A stretch of 64,000 bases of DNA, from positions 186,001 to 250,000 of the forward strand of contig JAXLNO010000260.1 in NCBI GenBank assembly GCA_038087875.1, read 5' to 3'. Under the pieces are notes generated by a model. It was not told where the DNA came from, did not search any database, and worked only from the letters and a program-made list of their open reading frames with translations. Source of the stretch: Malacoraja senta (taxonomy: Eukaryota). Shown here piece after piece: positions 11,901 to 24,059 of this stretch. Made by a program: the position numbers and the translations under genes. Position 1 is the first letter of the stretch. The number at the start of each line of letters is the position of its first letter.

Positions 11901-13974
11901 AATAGGGGTTGATTCTTAATCGCTCTTCAAAATAGCTTACATTCAGATAGAAATTTACCATCTCTTGTTGGACATCATTCTTGTGGTTATATCTTATTAC
12001 TCTCTGCCATTAACCTTTCCATCTGTACAGTTGTTTCCCATTCTTCTCTCTTCCAATATGTATGTGAATATTATATCAACACTTCTAATAGATTTCTGAA
12101 GTTGGACAGTGATAACACAAAGATAATTGTCACTTAACAACGTATGCCCGAGTCATATTAGTGATAATATCCATGTGAAGTTGTGGCCATCAAGAAACTG
12201 TCCCAGGCACTCTAATGGTCAATTCTCCTTTGTGTATCCGATGTTGCCCTCGTATTAGCTGCATACCTAATATCTTCGCTAGTTACACTATCTATCGACA
12301 GCATACATTAGGTGCATCTTGTAACCTTTCAACACTCATAAGAAAATAATTAGGAGTACATCGCAGGAGCACGGCATTGAGATTGACAATAAGATATTAA
12401 GTAAAGGGTTTGCAATGTGATTTTGATGTCCTGTTCACAGCATATGCCTACATTGATTTTAATGGGATCTGTGTCATTGGTTGCCCTTTCATTTATTACA
12501 ATTTTCCGCACAATTTGCATCAGAGCAGCATTCTGTGATATATGCCCCTTCATCATCACTTAACTCACATTGCTACTGGGGCTTTGGCAGACTGAGACTC
12601 GAGGTGATGCAGTGCAATGCTTGGGGGTTTCCCTGACACACCACTGCTATCTGTACCCTCCTTGGTTTCCATGTTTTCCTTCACCTTCATGACAACTTTT
12701 TATGCAGTCATCCTGTGGTTGCCAAGGAGAGTATCTGACCAGCGTTCAATTTGGCAAGGACTTGGACAGCATTTTTTCCAGCAACAGTTTCAGCACATAA
12801 TTTTACTTCGTAGTCACGTGAGTGACTACGTGAAGAAGACCTGTCAGGGCGCATGCGCGTCATTACGTCGGTCGCATTGGCCAGCGACTCCAGAGATATG
12901 TTTTAAATAGGGGCCGCAGGGTTTCTCTAGACCGCGGGGATACCGGCTACGGTCCGCGGTAAAGTGAGGAGCCGGTGGCCGTCGGACTTCTTGTTAGAGT
13001 CGCTGACAGTAACGTCAGCGACTCCTGAGGGTATTCGGGGTGCAGACTGAGCATGGTCGTCGGGTTACTACCCGGCTCATTGAGGCAAGGACCCCGAATT
13101 TGGCAGCCCATATGAGTTTGAACTATGTGGAGTCTGGCCAGGAGGGTCCCCTCTGTTATATATGTATGTCCTCAGTGGAGAGGAGTAAGGTCTCAGGTCT
13201 GCTTACCAATTCCTCAGTGAAGAAGAGTACAAGGGGTCAGTGTGTGGCTGACCCCAACCCCAACTCAGGAAGTGAGATTAGTGGTTTATCACCCTTATGT
13301 GTCTATGGCAGTAGCATTTTCTGCTAATTCTGTGGAGGTTTCAGGGAACGCAATTTTGGGAAGCGTTCAAAAGGGTAGACATTATAGATACCACTTGGTC
13401 ACATTGTGACTATTATACCGAGACAGATGATTATCATTTACACAATTAAGGAAATGGGAAGCCTTGTTGAGCTGTATTATCAGTCACCTGTGGGAGTTAC
13501 ACCCGGTGGCATCATAGTAATTCTGCTCATTAAAAGGGACTGTGCATGGTTTCTTCCCCAAGACGCCGGATTACTCATATTAAAAGTAAATAAATCCCAG
13601 GTTTAACTGGGATGGGCGTCTTTATTCACATAAATGTCTTTGCCTATGACAAATAACTGTTAAGTTTTGTTCCAGCATTTCCCACTATGTCTGATGTACG
13701 GGGGCCAGAGGCGCTCCAATTCTTCCCTATAGACGGCGTTGGCATCGGTAAGGAGCACGATTTGGAGTCGCTAGCACGTGCAGCCTGTTTGGGGAAGGAG
13801 GATACCAACAGAGTATCGATTTGCATGGCTAGTCCTGGCGGCTGCTGTAGTCAGCGACCTGATAACCCCAACTCAGAGTGAGTGCCAAGCCAGGGGTATC
13901 AATGTCAGACAACATTGCGTCTCGTTGCAATCCAACAACGCTCCATTGTAAGGCATGTCAGGCAGCAACAGCTA

Positions 13975-14345
13975 GTAAAGGGTTGCAAAATTCCCCCCAC
14001 TCAAGGGTCGGAGTGGTCGAGAGAGTGCTACAGTAGGATGCACATGTGCCTGAAGCAACACCTGTTTGCAGGGTTGCCATTCCTCCCACTTGGTGCACCA
14101 CAGTGGTTGAGATAGTGCTAAAATACATGCACACATGCCTGAGGTGACACCTAATAAAGGGTTGCCAAAATTTCTCCCACTCAAATGGCGGAGTGGTCGA
14201 GAGAGTGCTACAGGAGTATGCACATGGGCCTGAAGCAACACCTGTTTGCAGGGTTGCCAATACTCCCACTCGGTTCTCCGTAGTGGTCGAGATGGTGCTA
14301 AAATACATGTACACAGGCCTGGGGCAGCTCCTGTTGCAGGTTGCA
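13975..14345. repeat. ~90-bp tandem repeat, about 4 units, ABAB higher-order period ~179 bp, inside the DIRS element
   Basis: GGTTGC anchor recurs at 13981, 14072, 14160, 14252, 14339; alternate units are more similar than adjacent units. Confidence 0.9.
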
Positions 14346-16793
14346 TAAGTCCTCCCACGTGGATGTATAGCGGATGAAGATGGAGCCACACACATATGGA
14401 ATAAGATTGTGGGGAATGGTGTCGAACAACATGCTTGGTACAGAGGCATGTACAAGCAAATGGAGGAGATGGATCGTGATACCTGCTTCAGCGTTGATAA
14501 GTCCCACTCTAAAAGAGTGTCTAAGGTTAGTATGGATTAAGTCCAAACAGGAATCCAAACATGGCTATGTGCATGAGGGTAAGCAGTGGGCGTTTGCCTC
14601 TAAAATTGCTGCTCAGTCGCTGATTGCTGATCCATCCAGAGAAATCCAAATTAACACCTGACTATTTGGGTCACAATTGATTCAATTAAGTGACTGCCCA
14701 GGGAAAAAAGGGTAGAGCTAATTGACAGCTGTATCAACCTAATTGAGGCATTAAGGATACATTCGGTTCATTATAATAGACCCATGCATTTATCAGCAAA
14801 GGCTGTTTCTGATTTGCATGTGTCCAGGAGTTATAGCAAGGTAATGCTTGACCAGCCTTCCATGATTTTGGAGATGAATGTCAGTGCACTCGGTTGGGGT
14901 GTCACGGATATGAGTTTCAGCTGTGGAGACAGATGGACTGAGCAAGAGGCATCGCTTCTGCAGACATGGGCAATTAACTATTAAGAGGTTTTTATGGACA
15001 AGGCTTATTGCTCTAACAAATGTAATCTGCATGTTCAGTTTCAGATTGACTATATTACGCAAGTGGCATATATACTGTATTAATCACATCGGTGGAATCA
15101 AGTTGGTATTTTGTGACAGATTGGCTAATCAAATTTTGGCCTGGTGCATTGAAAAAGATATTTCAGCTATTTATCTTCCAGGTAGATTCTACATAGTAGC
15201 AGACGCCAAGTCACGAAAGTTCCATGACAAAATAGATTGATGTGGAACCAGGAGGTGTTCAATAATATAGTACTTGTATATGAATTCCAGATATTGATTT
15301 GTTTTGCATCAAGGTTCAACCATCAGATGCTTAAATAGGTTTCATGGGAATCAGACCAGGTGGCAGTTGCAATTGATACTTTGATGTTACATTGGGGTGG
15401 TATGTTTAATATATTTTCCTACCATTTTGCCTAATAGGTCGGAGTCTGCAAGAAATCAAGCAGGATGCCGCTTTGGGAGTGCTTGTAATACCTAATTGGC
15501 CGAATCAAGCATGATTTCCCTTTGATGTTACAGTTAGGGATCCAACCTCTTTTTGGTGGTTCCCAAGAGTAGGAATTGACTGGAGCATCCGCTAACACGG
15601 GAAAGTCATCTGTTATGTGATTGTATTGACTTGTTAATTTGCAGGTTTTAAGAATGCCATACCTGGAGCAAGGACTGTCTGGGTGAACGGTGGACGTGCT
15701 CACTGTAGCCTGGAGAAAGAGTACTCAAAAGGGGTATATTACTTATGTAAAAAATGGGAGCAATATTGTATACAAAATAATATTGACTATAGTACTGCAG
15801 GTATTGTGGATATTTTAGAGTTCCTGTTGACACTCTATGATGATGAGGGGCTCAGTTATAGCACCATTGATACAGCTTTAAGTGCTTTGTCATTGTATGG
15901 TTTTGATGGGGTCAGGAAAGATCCTATTGAGTTTCATCATATCATAGCTGGATTAATGAAAGGAATTTTAACTCTAAACCTCCTAAACCCAGGTATATGG
16001 CGATCTGGGATGTAAGTGAGGTCCTCAAGATGCTTCGACAGTAGGTTCCTGTCATGTCTCTGAATTTGCCAAACTAATCATGAAAGTGGTTATGCTCTTG
16101 GCACTGGTTCAGCATAGCAAGTGCAGATTTTGCAAAAACTTCTGCTAGACAGGATGGAAGTTGCTGAAGAGAATGTTATGTTATATAATTGCATCCTGTT
16201 TAAGCAGAGCAGGCCAGGTGTCACAGGTTTGTTAAAATTGTGTTTCAGCATAACCTACTGATCCATGTTTATGTGTAATGGCACATTTATTTTCATTATA
16301 TTGAAGCTATAAAGACCTTAAGAAATGTGGAAACAGCATTGTTTATCAGTTACATGAAGCCACACAGGAGAGTGTCAGTGCAGACTATCTCAAGGTGTTT
16401 TAATGCAAATGTTGATTAAGGCAGGTATTAACACTGAAGTGTATATATCCTTTTACCACTAGTGCAGCAGCAACGTTGTCGGCTAGGGCGATGGATGTTC
16501 ACAGCGGCCATATTTTTATAGGTGCCGGGTGGTCAAATGATTTTTTTTTTTTTAAATTTACCATCGGCCGATCGCCGATCGGAGAGAGGCTGTTTGCAAA
16601 TTCAGTATTAAGTCCTGTTTAGTTCCCCTGGGATAGACGGGTTACTGTTTGTTTTGATTATTCAAATCAATTGTTACTGCATGATATTAACATTTCATGT
16701 TTAACGCATTATTGATTGTTTCTCATCGAAAGCCAATCAATGCAGTGAGGCCAGGATTTGGATCTGCGGCATAAAGTCACAGAGCTTTGAACC

Positions 16794-16904
16794 CTTCACG
16801 TAGTCACTCACGTGACTCCGAAGTAAAATAGTAAGATTAAACGAGAACTTACCAGTTTGAAGTTTGATCTTTATTTTATGAGGAGTTACATTGGTGATTA
16901 CGTG
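16794..16904 (+). other. DIRS internal complementary region (ICR)
   Basis: 16794-16828 is the reverse complement of 12801-12835 (1 mismatch); 16829-16904 is the reverse complement of 17054-17129 (1 mismatch). Confidence 0.95.
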
Positions 16905-17417
16905 CCTGCCACGCCCAACCCTCTCTCATAAAAAATGTCATATGGTAGTTCTCATGTTGCTCATCTTAATTTGTTACTTCAAATATTGTGTTGTCTGTGA
17001 TTTCATACCGCTGCTCTGAAGATTGACGCGCATGCGCCCTGACGGGTCTTCTTCACGTAATCACCAACGTAACTCCTCATAAAATAAAGATCAAACTTCA
17101 AACTGGTAAGTTCTCGTTTAATCTTACTATTCTACAATGTTCCCAATGTCTTTCTGCCCACTTTTAAAAATTTATGCAGTACATGTTCAATGAGCAAAAA
17201 ATATATAGTGAAATTCCTTGGTAGATGTGCTTAATCAAGGATTACACCATTTGCACTTCATTGTGGATGAGGCAATGGACAGTGAGTGAAGCTCATTGCC
17301 ATCTCTCTGCCCTCCTCATTTATTTGTATGTGGTACTTCTGGCTGTGCTTTCCCCATTCATCACACATCAATAACAATGGGGTCACGGGCTTGCCATTTC
17401 CTTCCATCTTTGCTATT

Positions 17418-17848
17418 ACTGCTGTTACCATCAAGAGCTTGCAGTCTCGGGAGAGGCTAGTCGGGAGCTCCAACGATGCCGAGGCTCAACCTGCCCCGAC
17501 CCGGGTTCCGATTGGCGACGCGGGGGAGCTGACATCCCCCCGATGCAGGATCTGATCGACCTGATGTGAAGGGACCAAACGCTGCTGGCTACAGGAGTCA
17601 AGATCGTCCTGTCAATGGAGGGCTCGAGGTCCCCGACTGCGGGAGAGCATAGAAGGGAAGAGATTAAACTTTTTTTTTGCCTTCCATCACAGTGAGGAAT
17701 GTGGAGGAGTCACTGTGGTGGATGTTTATGTTAAAATGTATTTTGTGTGTTCCGTTGCTTTTTATTTGTATGACTGACTTATTCCTCATTTAATAACCAA
17801 GTATGTTGCAAAACATACTTGACTAATAAAGTATTATTGTGATTGATC
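17418..17848 (+). mobile_element. 3' half of the GC-rich non-autonomous retroposon
   Basis: Homologous to 28056-28445 and 31225-31640 in reverse orientation; AATAAA plus short tandem tail. Confidence 0.7.
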
Positions 17849-18154
17849 TATAATATTGACAGTATAGCCCTCTGAATGACAGGTTTTGGAGTGAACAGCC
17901 TCCATTCCAGACTGACAACTGATGATCTTGGATTCAGTAGGGACAATAGCGGGAAGCCCTTAAACACTTGCTGGAGTTGGGGAGTACAGAGAGGCCCTGG
18001 CCTATTAAAAGGCATGTTGCATGCTGCAGTACAATGTTGTTTTCACTGCAGTATAGCCGTTATTTCCTCAGGAGGTCATTTGTGGGTTTTGTCTTTGAGG
18101 GGCTTTATATTTGGAAAGAGTGAAGTCTTAACATGATGTTCAGTATTCAGTTGT

Positions 18155-18242
18155 AGACTAAATGCTGGAGAAACTCAGCGGGTGAGGCAGCATCTATGGA
18201 GTGAAGGAATAGGTGATGTTTCGGGTCGAGACCCTTCTTCAT
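18155..18242 (-). repeat. Penelope-type terminal repeat with hammerhead-like motif
   Basis: Minus strand TGAAGAAGGGTCTCGACCCGAAACATCACC. Confidence 0.75.
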
Positions 18243-19827
18243 TATTCAGTGGTTCTGTTTTGTCTGTTTTGTTGAGGCTAGAGATTATACACTGAGCCTC
18301 AGCCTTCGAGGCAAATAAAGAATAGGGAAGTTTTCAAACAAATTACACTGTAAATTATACTAAAAAATGCATCTCCTGGATATTAGGCATTGTTAAATAC
18401 CCTGCCACATTCATTGTCTTAGCTGACACATTAAAAAAAAGAAAGACTACTTTAATGGAGTACTGGATGATAGCTGGCATTGTAAACTTGGTCACTGAAA
18501 CACAAGCTTCTGATGGAGAAGGCAAAAAATTGTGAGAAAAATATAATGTGAACCAATTGTAAGTAGATAATGTTACTGAAGCTTTTTTTTCCGCTAAACA
18601 TAATGTTTCGCTTTATAGTATTAATTAATCTATAATTTTCATGACACATCAATGTACCTAAACATAAATACAACAGCAGCTCTCCCCTCTAAATTTTATA
18701 ACTGTTATCTTACATATTGAAACAATTGAGGAAAATATTCTCTTTTTCCAGAGCGAGGCTCTGCAGTAAGCTTTGATATTATTATGACTGCATCCATTTT
18801 CTGTGCTCCAACCAAGCTTTCTTTAATTTAGTCATTGTTCTTCATCGGTGGAGTGCAAAAGACCTGACCCTGGCGATTTTTTTCTTGTCTACACTTTTTA
18901 AAATAATTCCCTCTGACAAAAACTGGCTGCACTCAGCAGTTTACTGTAATATACTGAGGGTAACCAGGTCTGTGTCCTTTAATCCTTTAATCTACCATTT
19001 ATTCCACAGGGGAGAACAGACAAATACTTCATAAGCACTGCGGTCACTGGTGAATGATAGAGACTTTGCTCCCAAGTGCAATAAATTTCAGATCAAATGA
19101 TACTGCAAAGGAATGTTCCATATTATTCGATCGGTGGAATGAAATGAAAACTGTACCACAAATTATTTGACATCATCTTTCTTTATATTTAGCGAAGAAC
19201 TGAACAATGACCAGACAGCGTGTGACCTATTTGTTAAATTTAGAAGCTTTTTATTATACAAATGCTCCCGTGCGGATCATAGAAACATCAACATTAACAG
19301 CAGGGCAGGAGGCTATTTGGCCCATCGTGTCCATACTGGTGAAAAAGGTTCTGCCTAGATTTATCCCATTTCTCAGTTATTGATGCATTGCCTAAATTGT
19401 TGCTCATCCAGGTGCTTTTTAATGCAAAGGTCACAATCATAAATTTGGAACAATGTAAAGGAAAACTGTTTAATTGGATTGAATAATAATTTAAAAAAAG
19501 GATAAATAATGATTTGGAACCAAAATGTTTTGGCAATTCTGCAGATAGTGTGGCTCCTTTAATCAGAATCCTCGTATGATTCTGATTCAGCCACTAGGTT
19601 CTGCATCTGTGTACGTTGTAGGATGCCTCATTCATCCTGTCCTCAATGTGGAAACATCTTAAAACCATATATATCTACGGCATGCTGAAAACCTCTTTGA
19701 TTACAGAGGGATCTATTCTTACATTCCCAAAGGAGGAGTTTCACCCATTTACCTATGTGGATAGATGTGAATTTACCCTTCCAGCCTGTGGTTGGGAAAT
19801 AAAACAAACAAGGTGAATGTATCTCTA

Positions 19828-19915
19828 AAGATAGATGCAAAGTGCTGGAGTAACTCAGTGGATCAGGCAGCATCTCTGAAGAAAAAGGATAGCTGACATT
19901 TCTGGTCAGGACCCT
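19828..19915 (-). repeat. Penelope-type terminal repeat, degenerate
   Basis: GTGCTGGAGTAACTCAG...CAGGCAGCATCTCTG shared with the other copies. Confidence 0.7.
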
Positions 19916-20564
19916 GGATCTCTAACAGGTACATACAAACAGTAGTACCAGTAGTATGAATATTAAGAGCAGTAAGAATAGTAGGCAAGTTGGCCTCTTG
20001 ATCCTCCTCCACCAGTTAAAACCTGAGCAGGTCTGTGTAACATCAAATCTACATGTTTGCCCACGCCTGGTGATGATTCATTGCCTTAAAGGTGAGAAGC
20101 AACCTTCATTTTACATATTATTAGAGCAGAAACTCTTCATCGTGCAAATACAAATAGATCAATTTCTATATTTGCAGGAAGACAATTTCACTTACCCAAA
20201 ACAAAATTATCACATGAAAAATGTTGCAACTATACATAACAAAAGAAAGAAACTGCTATAAAGTTGAAACATGCAGTAAAATGACCTCAGAACATTTCAA
20301 AATGATTTCTGATGAAATGTTGCAGTAAATTACTTTCCTCTTTAACAGCACAGAAGTAGACAATTTAGCCCATTAGAGTGAGGTTCCAAACAAATCTCTT
20401 CCCATCTTTTCACAGCCATTCTTAACCAATCTTTCTTTTCTTTCTCATGCTTTTGTAAAAATAACTGACACAGAAAACTAAACAAGGTCTCCATGAATAA
20501 CTGTATGAAATATTATGGCTAATTTATGTTTATCATGTTGATTTCAGATCAAAGATTTAAGTGG

Positions 20565-20879
20565 TTGGCACTTTGGCAGTGGTAGATTTGCTGCCTTACA
20601 GGGTCAGAAATCCAGGTTTGATCCTGACTATGGGTGCTATCTGTTTGGAGTTTGTATGTTCTCCCTGTGACTGCATTGGTTTTCTCTGGGTGCTACGGCT
20701 TTTTCCTACATCCCATGGATGTGCAGGTTTGTAGGTTAATTGGCTTCTGTAAATTGCCCCTAGTGTGTAGGAAGCGAAAGTGGGATAACATAGAACTAGT
20801 ATATGCGTGATTGTTGGTCGGTGCGGACGCAGTTGGCCAAAGGGCCTGTTTCCATGCTTTATCGCTAAACTAAACTAAA
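20565..20879 (+). mobile_element. tRNA-derived SINE (HE1-like)
   Basis: GGCAC...GTGGTAGA...GGTTTGATCC head, (CTAAA)n tail. Confidence 0.85.
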
Positions 20880-21329
20880 ATCGTCATGAGGGAAAATGTT
20901 CCTGATCTTCCAAATAGATCCCGTGGATGCCTACCTGAGAAGGCAGTATGTTTATCAGCATGAAAATGTATTTCTGATGATGTAATCTTTGACAATGTGG
21001 CACTTCCACAATGCTCTACAGGAGAATCGGTCTAGATTTTCTATTCAATTCTTGAGAATTGGAATTAGATTCCTGCATTTGGGCCCAGAGATGGTAATGC
21101 CGTCACTAACCTACAGTTGTCATTTGCTGAATAGATTTGGTGACAAACAGATGAAAATAGCATGCTCTTGGTGTCTTAAGTTTCATTTCTTTAATTATGT
21201 TCTCTATAGCAAGTGGACAAAGAAAAACGGATCAAATTTTCCATACTGCATTTGTTATATGACAAGATTGCGTAAGTCTTATTTTCTTTTCATTTATTGG
21301 ACATTTTGTATTTTCACTTTGAAATTAAA

Positions 21330-22010
21330 AACCTAGACAAGAGCAAGGCCATAGATAAAAATGATAGGGGTCTGGGGAATGTTGTAGAGCAGAAGTATCA
21401 GGAAGTACAAGTACATAGCTTGTCAGGTAGATAGGGTGGTAAAGAAGGATTTTGGTACATTGCCCTTTATCAGACAAGGTATTGAATATAGAAGTTGGAA
21501 CATTATGTTGAAACATTATCTACAAGACGTTGGTAAGGTCATGTTTGGAGTATTGTGTTCAGTTTTGGTTACTCAACAAGAGGAAGGGTGTCATTAAGTT
21601 ATAAAGAGTGCAGAGAAAATGTTCCCAGGACTTGAGGGCCTGAGCTATAGGGAAAGGATGGGCAGGCAAGACTTTATTCCTTGGCTGAGGATGATCTTAT
21701 AGAAGTGTATAAAATCATGAGGGGAATAGACAGTTTCAATGCATAGAGTCTTTTATCCAGAGTAGGGGAATCAAGAACCAGAGGACATAGCTTTAGACTA
21801 AGAGGGGCAAGGAACCCGAGAGGCAACTTTTTCACTCAGAGGGTGGTGGGTATAAAGAACAAGCTGGAGGCAGTCATCGTAACCACATTTAAAAGACAGG
21901 TAAATGGATAGGAAACCTTTATGGAGACATGGGCCCAACATGGGCAAATGGGACTGGATTAAGTGGGGCATCTTGGTCAACATTAATGAATTGGGCTAAA
22001 GGGCCAGTTC
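21330..22010 (+). mobile_element. Degenerate CR1 ORF2 3' fragment
   Basis: Colinear with 7180-7900 (GATAGGGTGGTAAAGAAG, GGAGTATTGTGTTCAGTTTTGG, ACTCAGAGGGTGGT). Confidence 0.8.
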
Positions 22011-22254
22011 ATCGATTTAGAGCTAAATCTAACACCATTTAAGAGGTTGGAAACTTAAATCCATTGTTTTTGTTTGATGAAGGAAAGCTTTTAAATCAAT
22101 GTCCTGTGTCCTAGAATGAACTGCTGGAGATATCAGCATGTGGTAAATGATTCACTTAACATTTGTTATCTGTTATTTTACCAGAGGTATAAAGTTTATT
22201 TTATTTAGCAATGAGAAGTGTCAAACTGAGCTGCAGAAGAGTGTGGGTAATGTG

Positions 22255-22425
22255 TTTGAAATGTGTGTGTCAGTGTGTGTTGGAACAGGTCTGTGTGTGT
22301 GAATGTGTGATTGCACGCGTGTGTGTGTGTGCGGGTGCGTGTATGTGCGTGCTTATGTGCATGTGTGCTTGTGTGTCTGTGTGTGTGTGTATGCAGCTGT
22401 ATGCATGCTGTGTGTATCTGTGAAT
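22255..22425. repeat. Imperfect (TG)n microsatellite
   Basis: Seen directly in the sequence. Confidence 0.9.
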
Positions 22426-22522
22426 GTCCTTGCAGCATTGTTGAGTCTAAATAAGTGAGAAAATGAAACAGGAGTATTGATATTAGTGTGGGTCTCTCCT
22501 TGACATACTTACAAAATCATAA

Positions 22523-22615
22523 AGTCTGAAGAAGTTCTCCGACCAATTACATTGCCCATCGTTTCCCTCCTCAGATGCTGCCTGACACGTTGAGTTAGTC
22601 CAGCACTTTGTGTTT
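22523..22615 (+). repeat. Penelope-type terminal repeat, degenerate
   Basis: GTCTGAAGAAG...GATGCTGCCTGAC...CCAGCACTTTGTGT. Confidence 0.7.
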
Positions 22616-22860
22616 GTTTGAGCATCTACTGTGGGAAACTTTAAAGCAAATTTCAACCATGTCCAACCTTACTTCCTCATCCCAAGTCTTCAGAAAATCT
22701 CTTTGTTGGCTTGCTTCAGATTAACATTATCACAGGCACCAACTCATAGGCTCTGCGACTGGCAGTCACCTATGTTTGTCTCTGGACTCTTCTGAGTAGA
22801 ATAAACGTAACTAATTCTGTTTCATATTTCCTCACAATATAGAAGGATGCCATATTGTCC

Positions 22861-23200
22861 ATGGCGTCAATTGAAGCTAACTGCCTACAGCCTGTCTGTT
22901 TTTTCCCTTCTTTTTTTATTTTAGTTTGTCTAAATTGTTTGTTTTGGGGTTACTTTAGCTTTTCTATGTGGGGGAGGGGGGTAGGGTAAGGGGGAAACTG
23001 TTTCCCAGTCGCTTCCTGGCGGGGATGGACTATTTCTCTGAGTCGCGTCCTCGCCCCCCTCCTCGTGGCCTACCACTGGATTGGAGCGGCCTTTCCTACC
23101 GGAGACCGGGGACCAGACCAGAGCTTCGGCAGCGGTGGCGCGGCGCTGGATTCACATATTTATCTGGCACATGTGACAATTAAATATATCTTGTATCTTG
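22861..23200 (+). mobile_element. GC-rich non-autonomous retroposon, second subfamily, internally deleted
   Basis: ATGGCG head, T-rich then G-rich tract, ending GGCACATGTGACAAT and (TATCTTG)n; the same tail occurs at 34100-34323. Confidence 0.6.
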
Positions 23201-23384
23201 ATACTATTGTTGATATAATGTAAAACACTGCAAATAATATAGAACAATACAAGAGACTACGAAAGATATACAAAAATAAACATATCCTGCTCTGCTGCAG
23301 TTTTCGTGCCCTAACAATCTTACACATTTCTAAACTAGCTAGAACTTTACCTCTACAACAGGGTTTCTCCTCTACAATAAAGAC

Positions 23385-23870
23385 TCATAGTGCTGGAGTA
23401 ACTCAGCAGGTCAGGCAAAATCTCTAGAGGATATAGCTAGATTACTTTTTGGGTTGGGAACCTTATTCAGACTCTTTTTCATCCACTTTCATTCCTTTGT
23501 CAGGCTTCACATTTCAGTCCTCTACTATCCTTATCTCCTTATCTCACACATTTTGTCTTTTAATCTTGGTTCTTTGCCCAACCATCTGCAAATTTAATTA
23601 AAAATCCTCTCATCTCTATCCACCCATCACTTGCCAGACTTTCTTCTGCCCCCACCCCTCTTCCTGGTTTCTTCCCCTCTGCAACAATCAGTCAGAAGAA
23701 GGATCCCAACCCAAAACACCGCCTGTCCATGGTCTCCAGTGATGTTGCCTGATCCGCTGTGTTACTCGAGCAATTTCAGTCTGAAGAAGGGTCTCGACCC
23801 AAAACGTCACCTATTCCTTCGCGTCATAGATGCTGCCTCACCTGCTGAGTTTCTCCAGCATTTTTGTCTA
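23385..23870. mobile_element. Penelope-type terminal-repeat cluster (one inverted plus two tandem units)
   Basis: Inverted unit 23385-23473, pyrimidine-rich spacer, direct units at ~23689 and ~23777 each with a CTGAAGA...AAAC-type motif. Confidence 0.75.
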
Positions 23871-24059
23871 TTCGAGCACTTTATGTCTTTTTTTAAAACA
23901 TGGGTCTGTCTCTCGCACCCCTTCTTCCCCTCTCTCCTTAACAGCAGTAGAATTGTGTGTTGCTGCTGTCTGTCCATCATGAGGAGTGTGACTTTGATGG
24001 CCAACAGCCCTCTATAATTAACCCAGGAGGAAAACATCATCATCTGTGCTGTGAATTTG

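Larger units (their letters stand above)
12800..17131 (+). mobile_element. DIRS1-type tyrosine-recombinase retrotransposon with complete termini and decayed ORFs
   Basis: Left ITR ~12830-12863 is inverted at ~17024-17057; ICR 16794-16904 is complementary to both ends; remnants of RT (IHPEKSKLTP, LPREK), RNase H (YCINHIGG, YLPGRF..ADAKSR), methyltransferase and YR (WEQYC, YSTIDTALSALS, AGWS). Confidence 0.93.

Noticed and set aside
13975..14345. CRISPR-like or regularly spaced array
   Set aside because: Eukaryotic context; units are similar along their whole length with no unique spacers and no cas genes
19561..19587. 10-bp perfect hairpin AATCAGAATC/GATTCTGATT
   Set aside because: Short, isolated and composed of a common repeat-tail hexamer; no evidence of function
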